In this document: in pieces, positions 62,879-64,000 of the stretch | Layout: every line of letters begins with the position of its first letter | Position numbering within the stretch: the stretch's first letter is position 1 | DNA from: Shigella phage Z31 | Sequence record: MN655999 | DNA length: 64,000 bases | Direction: 5' to 3' (one strand) | Made by a program: the position numbers and the translations under genes | Notes under the pieces: generated by a model | Told to the model about the DNA's origin: nothing | The model's database searches: none | The model's input: only the letters and a program-made list of their open reading frames with translations

Positions 62879-63325
62879 TTAAACACTTGACGCTGGAATT
62901 GTTGAAGTGTAGTCTAGCTTCTCACAACCAAAAATCCAAGTTTTAGAGTTCTGGTCACGACCAAGTTCAATCTGTGGTAATTCCTGCAACCAAGCATTAA
63001 TACCAGTTGCCAGAACAGAGCCTGATGGGTCGTAGATTACGAAGTTAGAAGAGATATCTTCTTCAAGTTCCATATTGTCTTGTTTAGCTTGAATTGCAGA
63101 AAGCATCTGATTAGAGAGAGAAGTCTGCATTAGCTCAATCTCAATAGTACCTGTCTTGTCTGCATTTCTTGTCAGAGCAACCTGACCACCTGCACCTACA
63201 ACTGGTGTAATAAGTGGTGATGTTCTCTGTAGACGTAAGAATGAATCTGGAGCAAAGCCTTCAATAGCAATGCCGTTCCAGCTACACACAACGTCTTTAG
63301 GGGAATATTGCTGATACATAGCCAT
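62879..63325 (-). CDS. tail tube protein (by position)
   Basis: 148 aa; between sheath-like gene and chaperones. Confidence 0.5.
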   Translation of the reverse strand: MAMYQQYSPKDVVCSWNGIAIEGFAPDSFLRLQRTSPLITPVVGAGGQVALTRNADKTGTIEIELMQTSLSNQMLSAIQAKQDNMELEEDISSNFVIYDPSGSVLATGINAWLQELPQIELGRDQNSKTWIFGCEKLDYTSTIPASSV

Positions 63326-63340
63326 TCCAATTTACCTCTA

Positions 63341-64000
63341 TTATTCGTAAGCCACTGTACCTTTCAAGTCAACATCCAAGATAGCCCCTGCTAAGATACC
63401 TGCGAAGGTAACATCTTTCAGGATACGAGCTTTCTTGTCTGCCAAAGCAACTTGAGAGGCTTTAGGAACATTAACTGTGTAAGATGACAGGAAGTTTCTG
63501 TTGACTGCTCTTTGTAGAGAGGTTTCAATGACTTGACGAATACGGGTAATACCAGTATCATCATAAGTAATCTTACCACCCTTCTGGTTAATTAGCAAGT
63601 CTCTCAGAGAAGTTTTCAGGTCTGATTCCAACCAGTCAACGCCACGGATGATATCAATCCATTCCCCACCAGAAGTAATCCCTCTACGAACCACTGGAAC
63701 ACCACCATCAAGGTCAATAAAGTTACAGTGACGTGCATCTAAAGCTGACTTCTGAATACTTGTCAGAGGTCTCTTATTAGCTGGCTGTAGAGAAGCAGCT
63801 ACACCAGTCAACTGAGCATTACCCCAAGCAATTGACCCTGCATCGTATGGAGCACCATAAGCAATGTATGCCATCTCTGGATAGTCTTCTGCTGCTGTGT
63901 GATGCCACAAGCAAACTGTGCGAGTATACATACTCTTAGCAAGCTGTGCTGGAACATCATTTGCACTGTTTAATTCTGTACCTTGTAGTGCTGATACATC
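63341..64000 (-). CDS. tail sheath protein, C-terminal part (5' end beyond window)
   Basis: Minus-strand frame open from 63931 to window edge; position upstream of tube gene. Confidence 0.45.
   Translation of the reverse strand, partial: DVSALQGTELNSANDVPAQLAKSMYTRTVCLWHHTAAEDYPEMAYIAYGAPYDAGSIAWGNAQLTGVAASLQPANKRPLTSIQKSALDARHCNFIDLDGGVPVVRRGITSGGEWIDIIRGVDWLESDLKTSLRDLLINQKGGKITYDDTGITRIRQVIETSLQRAVNRNFLSSYTVNVPKASQVALADKKARILKDVTFAGILAGAILDVDLKGTVAYE

Overview
This window reads as part of a virulent, low-GC dsDNA myophage genome; gene content and order most resemble Felix-O1-like (Ounavirinae-type) phages, but that assignment is an inference from motifs, not a database match. Three transcription blocks: (i) 654-38892 on the minus strand, with about 15 small early genes (654-6400) separated by conserved hairpin-containing cassettes, then macro-domain protein, candidate lysis genes (SLT-type transglycosylase, overlapped spanin-like pair), orphan DNA methyltransferase, rIIA/rIIB-like, NAMPT-like and Prs-like NAD enzymes, anaerobic and aerobic ribonucleotide reductases, 5'-3' exonuclease, primase-helicase, dNMP kinase; (ii) 39150-49844 on the plus strand, with family-A DNA polymerase, DNA ligase, DHFR and thymidylate synthase; (iii) 49881-64000 on the minus strand, with two His-x-His tail fibres, Mu/P2-like baseplate genes, tape measure, frameshifted tail chaperones, tube and a 5'-truncated sheath. 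Four homing-endonuclease-like genes sit beside essential genes. No tRNA, rRNA, CRISPR or integrase was recognised. The most notable observations are the adjacent NAMPT-like/Prs-like pair (candidate NARP1-type NAD+ reconstitution anti-defence module), structured GT-rich tandem repeats at 44.4-46.3 kb, and the two families of promoter-hairpin cassettes in the early region. All products are inferred from motifs read by eye; coordinates of hand-located small elements may be off by 1-2 nt.
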